A stretch of DNA of 64,000 bases, taken from IMG/VR virus record IMGVR_UViG_3300045988_089680, positions 11,055 to 75,054 of that record; one strand, written 5' to 3'. Source of the stretch: a virus. Under the pieces are notes generated by a model that was given only the letters and a program-made list of their open reading frames with translations, did not search any database and was not told the DNA's origin. Of the stretch, positions 28,075-37,954 are shown piece by piece. Numbering within the stretch: the first letter of the stretch is position 1; each line of letters begins with the position of its first letter. The translations under genes were made by a program, and so were the position numbers.

Positions 28075-30369
28075 ATGCCAAAACCAAAACTAAGAACATT
28101 CAAGGGTTCGTTCACTTGCAGGTGGGCTCCTTCGGATGGCGAGGATGGAGCATACACGGCCTATAGCTACAACATCAGTAAAAACAAGACAAGTAAAAAT
28201 TCATCCACTGCACCTACAGACTGCTATTACTCCACATGGCAGGACGCGCCGATAGCAACCACCGAAACATATCCGTTTTTGTGGATGAAGATGGAACGCA
28301 AGAACGACGCGAGCGACAAGAGTGTGAGCTATGTCTGTGTAACAGGTGATAAAGGCGACAAGGGTAACCCTGGAGATAACGGTACGGATGGCAACGGCAT
28401 AGCGTCGCAGGTGTCGCTTTTCGTAGCTACGGACAAGAAAGCGGTGGCCTCGTATGGCAGCGTGTCTGGCTGGAGCAACCTCTTTCCGCAGCCTATAGAA
28501 CAAAAGCCTTATGTGTGGAAATGTGTAAAGACTACCTACACAAAAAAACCAAACTCCTACTCTACTCCAGAGCTTGTGACTATCTATCAGAGCGGAACTA
28601 ACGGCAATATACTTCGCAATGCGTCATTTACCGATTCGGGCAACATGGAAGCGTGGGTAACACAAAGCAAGTATAGCATGTTGAGTCATAGCGCACCGAT
28701 TGGCGACGGTGAGGGTATAGATACAAGCAACAAGCTGCATGGACATAACTCCTACTTCGACAGATGTAGCGGTGTGAGTGGAGCTGCTAATTACAAGGAC
28801 GTGCTTGTACAGACGATACATCATCCTAACGGAGGACTAAACAATATTGTTAACGGTCAGTGGTACACACTGAGCTTTTGGGCAAAACGAGCTACCAATG
28901 TTATTACCCTTAACAAGACTGTATCCGCGACCTCCTATGCTATTGCAAACGTCTATCTTAAAGCAGGAATAGAGTATGCTATTAGTGTACAAAGCACTGT
29001 ATCAAGTGCATCATACCCTATTGTCACAGCTGTGACACTTAACGGCACATCGGCTGCAAGCTTAATTATTATGCAAACAGACAGTGGCAGAAAGACCGAC
29101 TATCTTACACCGTCTACAAGCGGTATATATGTAATACGCAGCATTGTGGGCGGTAGCACGGGCAAGGGCACGGTTACTTCCTATGCTGTTGACGATAGCC
29201 GCGACCTATCCACTTATCTTGCTCCCAGTCTTATTGACACAAGCAGTAAGATATATGTTGATGGCGAGGAACGCACACCGTCGGCAGACTTGGGTGTTGT
29301 ATGGTCGTTAGCAAGCGAATGGAGCTTTCACACGCTGACATTCAAGGCGGCATCGAGCCTAACTGCATCGGTTAAGCAGCAGTTGTCCTTTAGACTGGAC
29401 TCTGTGCCTCATGTAGACCTTTGGCGTAAGGTGTGGATATGCGAACCTAAACTCGAAAGCGGCATGATGTACACGGGATATGTAGACAGTTCAGAAGATT
29501 TGAAGGGTATTCCTGGCCTTATAGAACGCACAAGCGAATGGGTAGCAGGAGTTGAGTATCACAACGACTCAAATCTGACTGGAGGTATAAGATACCGTGA
29601 CATAGTGACCGTAACGGACACGAAAGGCAACTTTGAGATATACGTATGTCAGAAGACTCATCTATCCACGACCTCAAATGCACCTAAAACAGGCGAAGAC
29701 AGCGCAGAATGGCTACACATTAATAATATGCAAAGACCTATCTACACGCCACTTATCATAGCAGATAATGCGGTGCTGCGATTTGGGCAAACGAACAGAA
29801 TGCTCATCACGAACAGCTCTCAGAAGGTGCAAGGTTGCTTTGGTGGTGTTGAAGACGAAGTAAACGGCTATCCACTGTGGATCGGTGGAGAGACAGCAGA
29901 GAAGGCGAACTTCAGACTGAGGTATGATGGACACATGGAAGCATTTGATGGTTTGTTCTCTGGCTTTGTTTTTAAGAAGGAGGTAGTTATTACTGATGAT
30001 AACTTATCTTATTACTTGGAAAAATCCCCTTGGGGTTATGATGCCATAAATCTAAAAAAAACAGGTTCAAGAATAAGACTTAAAATTAAAGATGCTTGTG
30101 ACATATATATTCCTTGTATCTATCCTGAAGTGACAACTTATACCGAAGAACACAAAGACTTGTGTCGTTCGTATATTGGTACTACATTATTGATTTACGT
30201 AGAAAGTGGCACTGCGGTATTTACGGGAAACTTCAAGATAAAAGAAACTGACAGCCCTTCGAGCTATGCTGTGACAGCAGGACGTTTTGCCGCTTTAACA
30301 TGTAGCATAACAGGCACGAATGACAAAGAGGATATATATTGGTTGATAAGGGTGGGAAAACAGAATTAA
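28075..30369 (+). CDS. tail fibre protein with a short collagen-like tract
   Basis: 764 aa. GDKGDKGNPGDNGTDGNG Gly-X-Y repeats, then a beta-rich C-terminus. Confidence 0.6.
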   Translation: MPKPKLRTFKGSFTCRWAPSDGEDGAYTAYSYNISKNKTSKNSSTAPTDCYYSTWQDAPIATTETYPFLWMKMERKNDASDKSVSYVCVTGDKGDKGNPGDNGTDGNGIASQVSLFVATDKKAVASYGSVSGWSNLFPQPIEQKPYVWKCVKTTYTKKPNSYSTPELVTIYQSGTNGNILRNASFTDSGNMEAWVTQSKYSMLSHSAPIGDGEGIDTSNKLHGHNSYFDRCSGVSGAANYKDVLVQTIHHPNGGLNNIVNGQWYTLSFWAKRATNVITLNKTVSATSYAIANVYLKAGIEYAISVQSTVSSASYPIVTAVTLNGTSAASLIIMQTDSGRKTDYLTPSTSGIYVIRSIVGGSTGKGTVTSYAVDDSRDLSTYLAPSLIDTSSKIYVDGEERTPSADLGVVWSLASEWSFHTLTFKAASSLTASVKQQLSFRLDSVPHVDLWRKVWICEPKLESGMMYTGYVDSSEDLKGIPGLIERTSEWVAGVEYHNDSNLTGGIRYRDIVTVTDTKGNFEIYVCQKTHLSTTSNAPKTGEDSAEWLHINNMQRPIYTPLIIADNAVLRFGQTNRMLITNSSQKVQGCFGGVEDEVNGYPLWIGGETAEKANFRLRYDGHMEAFDGLFSGFVFKKEVVITDDNLSYYLEKSPWGYDAINLKKTGSRIRLKIKDACDIYIPCIYPEVTTYTEEHKDLCRSYIGTTLLIYVESGTAVFTGNFKIKETDSPSSYAVTAGRFAALTCSITGTNDKEDIYWLIRVGKQN

Positions 30370-30385
30370 ATAAAACTAAGACATC

Positions 30386-30814
30386 ATGAAAGTAAGTAAC
30401 GAATTAATTGACAAGATTAAACAGTTTGAGGGCTACCGCTCTAAAGCTTATAGATGTTCGGCAGGAGTGCTGACGTGTGGCTACGGTCACACTGAGGGAG
30501 TGACTGCAAGGACTACGTGCAACAAGACTAAGGCTCTTGCATGGTTAAAATCCGACCTTGAGCCGATAGAGAACTTCCTCTCGGCTGTGCCTGAGGTGGC
30601 AAAGACACAAGGGAGGTTTGACGCTTGTGCGGACTTCTGTTTCAATCTTGGCATGGGGGCGTTTAAGGTGTCTACGCTCTTCAAGCTGATACAGAAGAAG
30701 GCTTCGGTGACTGCTATTCAGGCAGAGTTCTTAAAGTGGATTTACGCAGGTGGCAAACCTTTGGAAGGATTGAAAAACCGCAGACGATGGGAAGCTCAGA
30801 GATGGGTCGAATAA
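30386..30814 (+). CDS. endolysin, T4-lysozyme-like (GH24)
   Basis: IKQFEGYRSKAYRCSAGVLTCGYGHT matches the GH24 catalytic Glu region and GYG motif. Confidence 0.8.
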   Translation: MKVSNELIDKIKQFEGYRSKAYRCSAGVLTCGYGHTEGVTARTTCNKTKALAWLKSDLEPIENFLSAVPEVAKTQGRFDACADFCFNLGMGAFKVSTLFKLIQKKASVTAIQAEFLKWIYAGGKPLEGLKNRRRWEAQRWVE

Positions 30815-30836
30815 TTAATACATTAAGATAAAGAAA

Positions 30837-31325
30837 ATGGTGAATAATATAACTGCAAGTACAGGACGTGCTGTTGTGGTCGGCACGATGGGCGTTGAAG
30901 CAATGACAGCACTCTACGATTTACGATGGATGCTTGTGTTGATAGTGGTGTTGATAGTTGCGGACTTTTGGTTCGGGGTGAGCGAGAGCCTTCATAAACA
31001 CGAGCACTTCCGCTTCTCGAGAGCAGGACGGAGAACGTGCAACAAGGCGGTGGACTATGTGACGTACCTTATACTTGGCTCGGTGATAGGTCTTGCTATC
31101 TTTGAGCCGCTTGGTTGGGCGACACACACCACTACGGCTGCTATAGGATTGGGGTTTGGATGCGTGTGGGAGATTGATTCGATTGTGGGTCATGTGTGCG
31201 AGCTGCACGGTGTAAAAAACAGGTTTTCTATTAAGCGTCTCATTATCGCGCTGATAAAAAAGAAGGATGCTGACATGGGAGAAGCGGTTGAAGAGGCGTG
31301 GAGTGAAGAAGGAGAAAAGAAATAG
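30837..31325 (+). CDS. holin-like membrane protein
   Basis: Several hydrophobic helices (LVLIVVLIVADFWFGV, YLILGSVIGLAIF, AAIGLGFGCVWEI) and a charged C-tail. Adjacent to the endolysin. Confidence 0.5.
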   Translation: MVNNITASTGRAVVVGTMGVEAMTALYDLRWMLVLIVVLIVADFWFGVSESLHKHEHFRFSRAGRRTCNKAVDYVTYLILGSVIGLAIFEPLGWATHTTTAAIGLGFGCVWEIDSIVGHVCELHGVKNRFSIKRLIIALIKKKDADMGEAVEEAWSEEGEKK

Positions 31326-31343
31326 ACAAAAAAGAGTAAAAAT

Positions 31344-31856
31344 ATGACGAAAAAATTGTGGATAGTTTATGGGGGTGTGTTTGTGGTGCTGTTTCTGCTG
31401 TTTATGAATGTGGCGTTGATGAGACACTACTTCAAGGGACAGACGGAAGAGTGGAAGGACACCGTGAGGGTGACGGTGGTGGATACTGTGACGTATGACA
31501 AGCCAGTGGCGAGGGACAGCTTGGTGGTGAGGTATGTGAGGATGATGGTGCCTGTGGTACGTGATACATTACACTCTATCTACACTGATACTATACAGGT
31601 AGATATGCCTATTACACAGAAAAGGTACGAGGACAGCACGTATACTGCCTGGGTGAGCGGATATGAGCCTTCATTGGACAGTATAAGGGTGTATGCGAGA
31701 AAGGACGTGGTGACTATAAACAAGATAATAAAAGAACCTCCTAATAGGTTTGTAGTTAGCTTTAACGTCGGCTACGGGCTTACTCAAAATGGCTTACAGC
31801 CATATATAGGTATTGGTGTTGGGTGTAAACTATTCTCATTTGGTAAACAAAAATAA
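31344..31856 (+). CDS. membrane-anchored protein (spanin-like by position)
   Basis: N-terminal TM helix (LWIVYGGVFVVLFLLFMNVALM). Lies in the lysis cassette. Confidence 0.35.
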   Translation: MTKKLWIVYGGVFVVLFLLFMNVALMRHYFKGQTEEWKDTVRVTVVDTVTYDKPVARDSLVVRYVRMMVPVVRDTLHSIYTDTIQVDMPITQKRYEDSTYTAWVSGYEPSLDSIRVYARKDVVTINKIIKEPPNRFVVSFNVGYGLTQNGLQPYIGIGVGCKLFSFGKQK

Positions 31857-31861
31857 GCAAT

Positions 31862-31939
31862 ATGGAATACGTACTATTGATAATTGTTGGTATCTTTGCT
31901 GCTGTATCAGCATTTATGCCAAAGTGTAAAAATAAATAA
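31862..31939 (+). CDS. 25-aa hydrophobic peptide (not in the ORF track)
   Basis: Hand translation MEYVLLIIVGIFAAVSAFMPKCKNK. It is the last ORF before a terminator. Confidence 0.3.
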   Translation: MEYVLLIIVGIFAAVSAFMPKCKNK

Positions 31940-31977
31940 TTAAGTATGTTTTAGGTAATTAGATTGTTTTAGGATGT

Positions 31978-32016
31978 GCCTTGCTTGTCTGTGATAGATA
32001 GGCAAGGCTTTTATTT
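31978..32016 (+). terminator. rho-independent terminator after the lysis cassette
   Basis: GCCTTGC-N17-GCAAGGC followed by TTTTATTT. Confidence 0.6.
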
Positions 32017-32128
32017 CCAAATTGTAATAACACGCATCTTTTATGTAGCACTTTGTCACAAAAATCAAATGTATGCTATTTATTTGAAGAATTAACAGTT
32101 AAATTAACTACATTCTGATAATTTTTGC

Positions 32129-32136
32129 TATATTTG
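32129..32136 (+). promoter_or_regulatory. -7 box TATATTTG
   Basis: TAnnTTTG about 29 nt upstream of the 32165 ATG. No well-spaced -33 box seen. Confidence 0.4.
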
Positions 32137-32164
32137 CACAATATCAGATTTTAGACTAAAGATT

Positions 32165-32671
32165 ATGACAGAAGAAAAGAAAAAGACACTCCTTTCTGTC
32201 TTAGACGGAATGGACGTGAGCGAGGTTATCTCGCTGCTAATTATGAGCGGCAACAGTTATTCAAGAAGATTGTTGAAATTCATCAAGTGGATAACTAAAT
32301 GGCTACCTATATGTATAATGGTGTGGCATAGTTTTGCTATGTTGGATTTTTCTCAGAATCCGAGAGAAATGTTTATCGTGCATTCCGAACACTGGCCAAG
32401 CTACACATTTATATATGTGTTACTGTATGTATTACCACTTGTGCTCATACTGTTCAGTAGATTCTTCTGGCTGTGTTGGGTATACAGGATTCCATTCTTT
32501 TACTACTTCGGTGTAAATGCTATACATCTCACTTTTTGGTCGTGGTATACTACAAAAGAAATGGTAATGTCATGTATGTCTGTAATTGTAATGACAGGAG
32601 TATTTTACTTATACTGGGTAATAGATTGGTTCTTAACAAGAACAAGGATAGGTAAAAGGTTTTTCTTCTAA
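32165..32671 (+). CDS. polytopic membrane protein (cargo)
   Basis: 168 aa with 4-5 hydrophobic segments rich in W/F/Y. Confidence 0.5.
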   Translation: MTEEKKKTLLSVLDGMDVSEVISLLIMSGNSYSRRLLKFIKWITKWLPICIMVWHSFAMLDFSQNPREMFIVHSEHWPSYTFIYVLLYVLPLVLILFSRFFWLCWVYRIPFFYYFGVNAIHLTFWSWYTTKEMVMSCMSVIVMTGVFYLYWVIDWFLTRTRIGKRFFF

Positions 32672-32682
32672 AGGCTAAGAAT

Positions 32683-33030
32683 ATGAAAAGGAAGGTTTTT
32701 AATTACTACACCTTGGCTCTCGTCCTAAAATCTCTGTATGATAGCTGTATGAAGGCATGGGAACAACAGAAGAATGGAGAAAAGGTAACAGCTTGTGGAA
32801 TGTCAGATGAAGATATAGAAGAATTATGCGAAGACTATCTTCCGAATCTGATGAATCCTATGATGTCTAAAGAAGAAGTACAACGTAAGCTTGGTGTCAG
32901 TGAAGCTACACTCAACAGAATGGTAAAAAGAGGAGATATTCCTAACGGACAGCAAGACGTAGGAGGACACGTAAGATGGTGGAAGAAATGGGATATACTA
33001 CCTTTTATAAGAAATAAGCATAAGAAATGA
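32683..33030 (+). CDS. HTH DNA-binding protein (AlpA/excisionase-like C-terminus)
   Basis: LGVSEATLNRMVKRGDIPNG...WWKKWDILPFI. Confidence 0.45.
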   Translation: MKRKVFNYYTLALVLKSLYDSCMKAWEQQKNGEKVTACGMSDEDIEELCEDYLPNLMNPMMSKEEVQRKLGVSEATLNRMVKRGDIPNGQQDVGGHVRWWKKWDILPFIRNKHKK

Positions 33031-33084
33031 TAGCATATGCTATCAACGTAAATAGCTGAATTTCAGAGGATAATAAAAAGTGTG

Positions 33085-33125
33085 AGCGTGTTATGGCTTT
33101 TTTGGTCGTAACACGCTAATTTTGT
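33085..33125 (+). terminator. hairpin terminator overlapping a possible -7 box
   Basis: AGCGTGTTA-N15-TAACACGCT followed by AATTTTG. TAATTTTG at 33117-33124 fits TAnnTTTG. Confidence 0.5.
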
Positions 33126-33188
33126 GTCTGTAACGTTACATAGTGTTAGTAAATCTATTAAGGTAAAAACTGAAAAAAGATTGTTATT

Positions 33189-34190
33189 ATGGAGAGTAAA
33201 ACTTACGTATTCGGAGAGAATGGGCCTACTACTGGTGGCGGTCTTAATAGCATTCTGGCTATGCTCCCAGCACTCATGCAGAAGCAGGGCGTAGACCCAA
33301 GCCTTTTTGCCCTTTGCAATGGCAAGAGCAATGGCAATGGTTGGGGCGAAAATCTATTCGCCATCTTGCTTCTCTTCATCCTCATGGGTAGAGGCAACCT
33401 CTTTGGAGGTGGCTTTGGTGGCGGTATGATGCCTAACGGACAAGGTGGCGTTGTTCCTATGCTCAACAACGATGCGAACACAGCAGTTATCATGCAAGCT
33501 GTTCAGCGCAATGGTTATGATGTTCAGAGCTTGGCAACAGCCCTCAACACTTCGAGCGACGCTGTAATGGCTGCTATCAACAGTTTAGGTCAGCAGATAT
33601 GCAACATCGGCAGTCAGATGGGCTTGAATACCAATCAGATAATCACCGCTCTCATGCAAGGTAACAACGCTATTGCTACACAGTTGGCAGAGTGTTGCTG
33701 CAAGACAAACAACGCTATCACCGCAATGGACGGTAATGTGAAGTTAGCAATGTGTCAGCAGACAGGTGCTTTGACAAATGCTATCAACAACGTGGCTGTT
33801 AGTCAGGAGCGTGGCTTCTCTAATCTTGCTTACGAAACTCAGCGTCAGACTTGCGACTTGCAAAACGCTATCAAGGACAGTACCCAGACTATCATTGACG
33901 GGCAGAAGCAAGCCGAAATGCGCGAGCTTCAGAACAAGATTGACTCGCTTCGCGAAGAGAACAGCACCTTCAAGTCTTCTGCTATGACTTCGCAGATTGT
34001 CGGTCAAGCTATAGCACCTATCAATGCTGTACTGACAGGTTTGCAGCAAGAAGTAGCAGGAATCAAGTGCAAATTGCCCGAGACAGCGACTGTAGCTTAC
34101 AGCCCCTTTACTGCCGTTCCTAACTGTGTAGCAGCTCAGATGGGACTGTACGGTTTTAATGCCGTGAATGGTGCAAGCTTCTGGACTTAA
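33189..34190 (+). CDS. Gly-rich / TM / Cys-containing coiled-coil protein, unknown function
   Basis: GNLFGGGFGGGMMPNGQGG, hydrophobic LFAILLLFILMG, then Q/N/A-rich helical repeats with CCC and several Cys. Confidence 0.5.
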   Translation: MESKTYVFGENGPTTGGGLNSILAMLPALMQKQGVDPSLFALCNGKSNGNGWGENLFAILLLFILMGRGNLFGGGFGGGMMPNGQGGVVPMLNNDANTAVIMQAVQRNGYDVQSLATALNTSSDAVMAAINSLGQQICNIGSQMGLNTNQIITALMQGNNAIATQLAECCCKTNNAITAMDGNVKLAMCQQTGALTNAINNVAVSQERGFSNLAYETQRQTCDLQNAIKDSTQTIIDGQKQAEMRELQNKIDSLREENSTFKSSAMTSQIVGQAIAPINAVLTGLQQEVAGIKCKLPETATVAYSPFTAVPNCVAAQMGLYGFNAVNGASFWT

Positions 34191-34208
34191 AGAAAGGAGG
34201 ACAAGACT

Positions 34209-34553
34209 ATGATATGGGGCTATCCTTTTTCATGGGTCAATAGAAGAGGTTCGGCAGCGATAGGCTCTACTGGTGTAAAGGTAAATGCTGAGAACGTGGT
34301 GTTTACCTTTAAGAACCACGCTTTCGTTAATGCAAACTACAGAGGAACAATTTTCGTTAATCTGCTACAGGCTATACCGACAGGTACAACGACTACGCTG
34401 CCAATCCTCTTTGAGACCAACGGCACTACACAGGCTGTTACCAAGTTCAATGGAGCAGCACTGACGGTTGCCGACGTAGCCGGAACTGGTGTATATCAGT
34501 TGTGGTTCGAGAGAGACACTAACACCCTTCAACTCATGACGGGTATTGTATAA
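34209..34553 (+). CDS. hypothetical beta-rich protein
   Basis: 114 aa. AGGAGG lies 9 nt upstream. Confidence 0.5.
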   Translation: MIWGYPFSWVNRRGSAAIGSTGVKVNAENVVFTFKNHAFVNANYRGTIFVNLLQAIPTGTTTTLPILFETNGTTQAVTKFNGAALTVADVAGTGVYQLWFERDTNTLQLMTGIV

Positions 34554-34573
34554 CAAGTTAAAATTCGACTTCT

Positions 34574-35095
34574 ATGTTTCAAGGACTTCGACAAAACAGC
34601 ATATTTTATGTGCTTGACAAATCGGGAGAACCGACACTGAAAATAGGACAAGTGGTAAATGTGAGCAATCCGCAACCCAAGTTTCCTTCATATCAGCCTG
34701 GGCAATTTAATCCGCAGCCAATGGAAACAACGGTAGATGTAAAGGTTAAAATGCCAGATGGTGAGGCAGAATTTAAGCAATTGCCATCGAACGGACAGAT
34801 TGCTAACTCGGGAGACCTCGTTGTATCTGAGAGCCGTGAGGCTATGAGCGCAGAGATTGAAGCTATGCTCAGGCACTCTAAAGAGGTGCTTGAGAGCAAG
34901 GAATATCATGAGAAAGTGGTAAAGAACTGTGAGCAGATGTTGGGTGTCCTCAATCCGCAGATAGCCAAAGAAAAGGCGCAAGAACAAAGGATAGGTAACC
35001 TTGAAGCCGATGTGAGCGGCATGAAAGGCACGCTGTCGAACATTGAGACTATGCTGCAAAGAGCCTTGAACAAGAAGTCGAACGGAAACACTTAA
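34574..35095 (+). CDS. hypothetical coiled-coil protein
   Basis: 173 aa with a helical E/K/L-rich C-terminal half. Confidence 0.5.
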   Translation: MFQGLRQNSIFYVLDKSGEPTLKIGQVVNVSNPQPKFPSYQPGQFNPQPMETTVDVKVKMPDGEAEFKQLPSNGQIANSGDLVVSESREAMSAEIEAMLRHSKEVLESKEYHEKVVKNCEQMLGVLNPQIAKEKAQEQRIGNLEADVSGMKGTLSNIETMLQRALNKKSNGNT

Positions 35096-35106
35096 TACTG
35101 AACATT

Positions 35107-35376
35107 ATGTATATGGTTGAGATTACAGAAAACAAGTTAGATGAGCTTGTTGAGAATGCCGAGAAAATGCTTAAATACGGTTCTAAGGTAATGTCCTGCA
35201 TCGAAAGCATAAGACAAGGCGAAGGTCGTATGGGTGAGCGTTCTCCAATGTCAGATTATCGTGACATGGGACGTGACGAGCGCAGACGCTATGAGCGTGG
35301 CATGGACTACGACGATGAAGGACGTTACGGAGAACGTTATGGTGGCGGCTACTATGGTGGTGGCAGACGCTACTAA
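35107..35376 (+). CDS. small protein with an R/G/Y/D-rich disordered tail
   Basis: DERRRYERGMDYDDEGRYGERYGGGYYGGGRRY. Confidence 0.5.
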   Translation: MYMVEITENKLDELVENAEKMLKYGSKVMSCIESIRQGEGRMGERSPMSDYRDMGRDERRRYERGMDYDDEGRYGERYGGGYYGGGRRY

Positions 35377-35384
35377 GTAAAACC

Positions 35385-35415
35385 GACAGGTAGGGAATAC
35401 TGTTTCCTACCTGTC
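35385..35415 (+). terminator. 10-bp-stem hairpin closing the 33189-35376 unit
   Basis: GACAGGTAGG-N11-CCTACCTGTC. Weak T-tract. Confidence 0.4.
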
Positions 35416-35431
35416 TTAACAAGGAAAGACT

Positions 35432-35860
35432 ATGGAAAAATGTAGAATGCCTTTAGATGTCTATGATTTGAAGCCTGATGCAATGATAGCCTATCTCAGA
35501 TATAACGGCTACCACTTCAACAAGAAGATGTGCGATTGGGCTGTCAGTCATATGCGCAAGGTCAACAAAGCGAGCGGTAAAGAAGAACCGATTGAGCCTA
35601 TTAACAAGGACAAGGTAGAGGAAATGATGCAGACCAATGGGCTGACCCTTGAAAACCTTGTCGGCTACGACCATGTCTATGTGGCGAATATGTGTAAGGC
35701 TGACTTTTGGGGCAAGTCCATTAAAGACGAAGCGAGCTTGGCGCATTATGTAAAGGACACAATAGACGATGTAGACCAGAAGGACGGTTTTGTGTTCAAT
35801 CGTTTCTATGCAGACTGCTGCCACAATGGTATGCCTATACCTTGGGAAGATTTGCTATGA
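35432..35860 (+). CDS. hypothetical protein
   Basis: 142-aa ORF in the track. No motif recognised. Confidence 0.5.
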   Translation: MEKCRMPLDVYDLKPDAMIAYLRYNGYHFNKKMCDWAVSHMRKVNKASGKEEPIEPINKDKVEEMMQTNGLTLENLVGYDHVYVANMCKADFWGKSIKDEASLAHYVKDTIDDVDQKDGFVFNRFYADCCHNGMPIPWEDLL

Positions 35861-36273
35861 TAAGGCGTGAGATTCATTTGGATCAGTATAGGTGGAGTAT
35901 TACGTGTTTTATCGGGTACACTGCTGATGATACGGATGAGATATGTCATGCGTTAGAAAATATAGGCTGTAATGGCCACTCCCTTGAATCTGCATACAGG
36001 CATCTATCATTGTCGAGTGACGAGCGAGGACTAACCTACTCTAACGTGGGTAAAAGAGAAAGCGTTGTCGCAGTTGGCGCATCGGATAACAGAGGAAGCG
36101 TTGTGAACACTATAGGACATGAACTCTTTCATGTAGTTGCGCACATCTGCGATAATGACGGTATAGAAATGCAGAGCGAACATCCGTGCTATATCATGGG
36201 CGAGCTTTGTGAAAAAATATATGACAATCTAAATCTTATAAAGTGGAACTATGGATATAAATGTAATGATTGA
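35857..36273 (+). CDS. small HExxH (zincin-like) protein, paralog of 3345-3749
   Basis: IGHELFHVVAHICD. ATGA overlap with the upstream stop, so the start at 35857 is preferred over the TTG at 35842. Confidence 0.45.
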   Translation: MIRREIHLDQYRWSITCFIGYTADDTDEICHALENIGCNGHSLESAYRHLSLSSDERGLTYSNVGKRESVVAVGASDNRGSVVNTIGHELFHVVAHICDNDGIEMQSEHPCYIMGELCEKIYDNLNLIKWNYGYKCND

Positions 36274-36499
36274 AGCAACAACAAAGCTTAACAATACTTG
36301 GAACAAATGTACGAACGGAATAGACAAAGAAGACCTTTCCGCTGATGTATACAACTGTGCTTGCGAAATCGACGAAGCAATAATAGCACTTGTTGAAAAA
36401 ATAGGTAATTGCACCAAGGCGATTACTATCAGTAAAATGTATGGAAAATCACCTCTTGCAGAAAGTCATAAAACAATCATAGCAAGAGATAATATATAG
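36251..36499 (+). CDS. hypothetical protein
   Basis: 82-aa ORF, the last + gene before the integrase. Confidence 0.4.
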   Translation: MDINVMIEATTKLNNTWNKCTNGIDKEDLSADVYNCACEIDEAIIALVEKIGNCTKAITISKMYGKSPLAESHKTIIARDNI

Positions 36500-36502
36500 T
36501 TA

Positions 36503-36542
36503 AAGGAGACAAGTTGTTTAGTACAATTTGTCTCCTTTTTTA
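36503..36542 (+). terminator. rho-independent terminator
   Basis: AAGGAGACAA-N15-TTGTCTCCTT followed by TTTT. Confidence 0.65.
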
Positions 36543-36683
36543 TATATTAATATTGAGTTAATGAATAGTTAAATCCTTTGTCTTAGCTGTTCTAAGCTTG
36601 TATAAAATCCCCATCATATACATATACACATTTTAGAAAATATACGTTTACATAGAAAAACTACATTTAGACCAAACGCTATC

Positions 36684-37937
36684 CTATTTATCCTCGTTTA
36701 TATCAAGTATATAATCTATTACCTTACGATTTGCATCGTCTATTTTTTTTCGATTAAAATTGATATACACTTGTGTAACAGCAGCTCCTGTCGAATAAGA
36801 ATGTCCAAGAGCACGACTTATAACATCTTCTGGTATATCAAGTTCGCTTGCCAATGTAGCCCATGTATGCCTTGCCCAGTATGATGATAGACGAGGGAAC
36901 AAAGGTGTGTACTCCTTGATGAATTTATGGCGATGCGTTTTTGAAAATTTCGGGTTTTGAATTATAACGCATTTCCCTACTCTTTTAAGCTGATAGTCAA
37001 AACTACCTATAAAAGATTGTGTAGTCTTATATCTTTCTAAGATGTCTAGTAAGTACTCGTTGCCTTTGTATCGATTTATTATCTCAAGTGCTTCTGGTTC
37101 TACTTTTATAGAATACAACTTTTTGGTCTTCCGGCGTCTGTAGTTAATTCTACCTTGACTATCTATTTCTCTCAATTCGCACAAATCAGCAATGTTAATG
37201 CCAATTAGATATATACATAACTTAAATAAGTCTATAGTTCGCTGTAGATGAGGATCGGCTACTGCAAACAATGACCTAACCTCATCTAAAGTTAAAGAGC
37301 GTTTTACTGTCTGTTCCGTTTTAATCTTAAACACACGAAAAGGATAATTCTGAGTAATCTCGTTATCTAAAGCATCATTGAAAACAGCTCTAATACTACG
37401 AAAATGCATGTTACGTCCATTTATAGTAGGAGAATACCTCCGTAGGAAAATGTCAAATCCGGTAAGCCAGTCTTTTGTTATGTTTTCAAATGTTTTTGAC
37501 TTAATATGATTGTCATACTCTAACATCTTCTTTGCTGTTAATAAATATATCTTTTTTGTTCGCATTGCAGAACGAGAGTTCGCAAAAGAAAGAAAACGAT
37601 TATAGAAACTGTTAGACGCAGCAACAGCAGGATCCAGCATTTCTTGCACTTTATTTTTTATTTGTGTTGCTGTCAGTTTTGTTAATTTTCCATCCTTGGT
37701 TAAATCCATGATTATATTAGACACTTTATTGCGTAGAGTGTCTATATAACTTTGAAGAGCTTTCTTATTAGGATGGTCTTTAATACGTTCTTTTTCTGCA
37801 TCCCATTGAGTGGGATATATTCTCACATTCAAAGATATATAAGCAGAAGACCCCTTCTTATTTATGCCGATTTTAAGAGGAGCTTCTTCACCACGCTTTA
37901 CTGAACGCTTATCTAAATATAAATGTACTGTTGCCAT
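36684..37937 (-). CDS. int: tyrosine recombinase (phage integrase) with N-terminal arm-binding-type domain
   Basis: ARHTWATLA, LGHS and TQVY fit the R..HxxR..Y catalytic pattern. The N-terminus (VHLYLDKRSVKRGEEAPLKIGI) is typical of Bacteroidota integrases. Confidence 0.85.
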   Translation of the reverse strand: MATVHLYLDKRSVKRGEEAPLKIGINKKGSSAYISLNVRIYPTQWDAEKERIKDHPNKKALQSYIDTLRNKVSNIIMDLTKDGKLTKLTATQIKNKVQEMLDPAVAASNSFYNRFLSFANSRSAMRTKKIYLLTAKKMLEYDNHIKSKTFENITKDWLTGFDIFLRRYSPTINGRNMHFRSIRAVFNDALDNEITQNYPFRVFKIKTEQTVKRSLTLDEVRSLFAVADPHLQRTIDLFKLCIYLIGINIADLCELREIDSQGRINYRRRKTKKLYSIKVEPEALEIINRYKGNEYLLDILERYKTTQSFIGSFDYQLKRVGKCVIIQNPKFSKTHRHKFIKEYTPLFPRLSSYWARHTWATLASELDIPEDVISRALGHSYSTGAAVTQVYINFNRKKIDDANRKVIDYILDINEDK

Positions 37938-37954
37938 AGTTTATCGTGTAGAAA

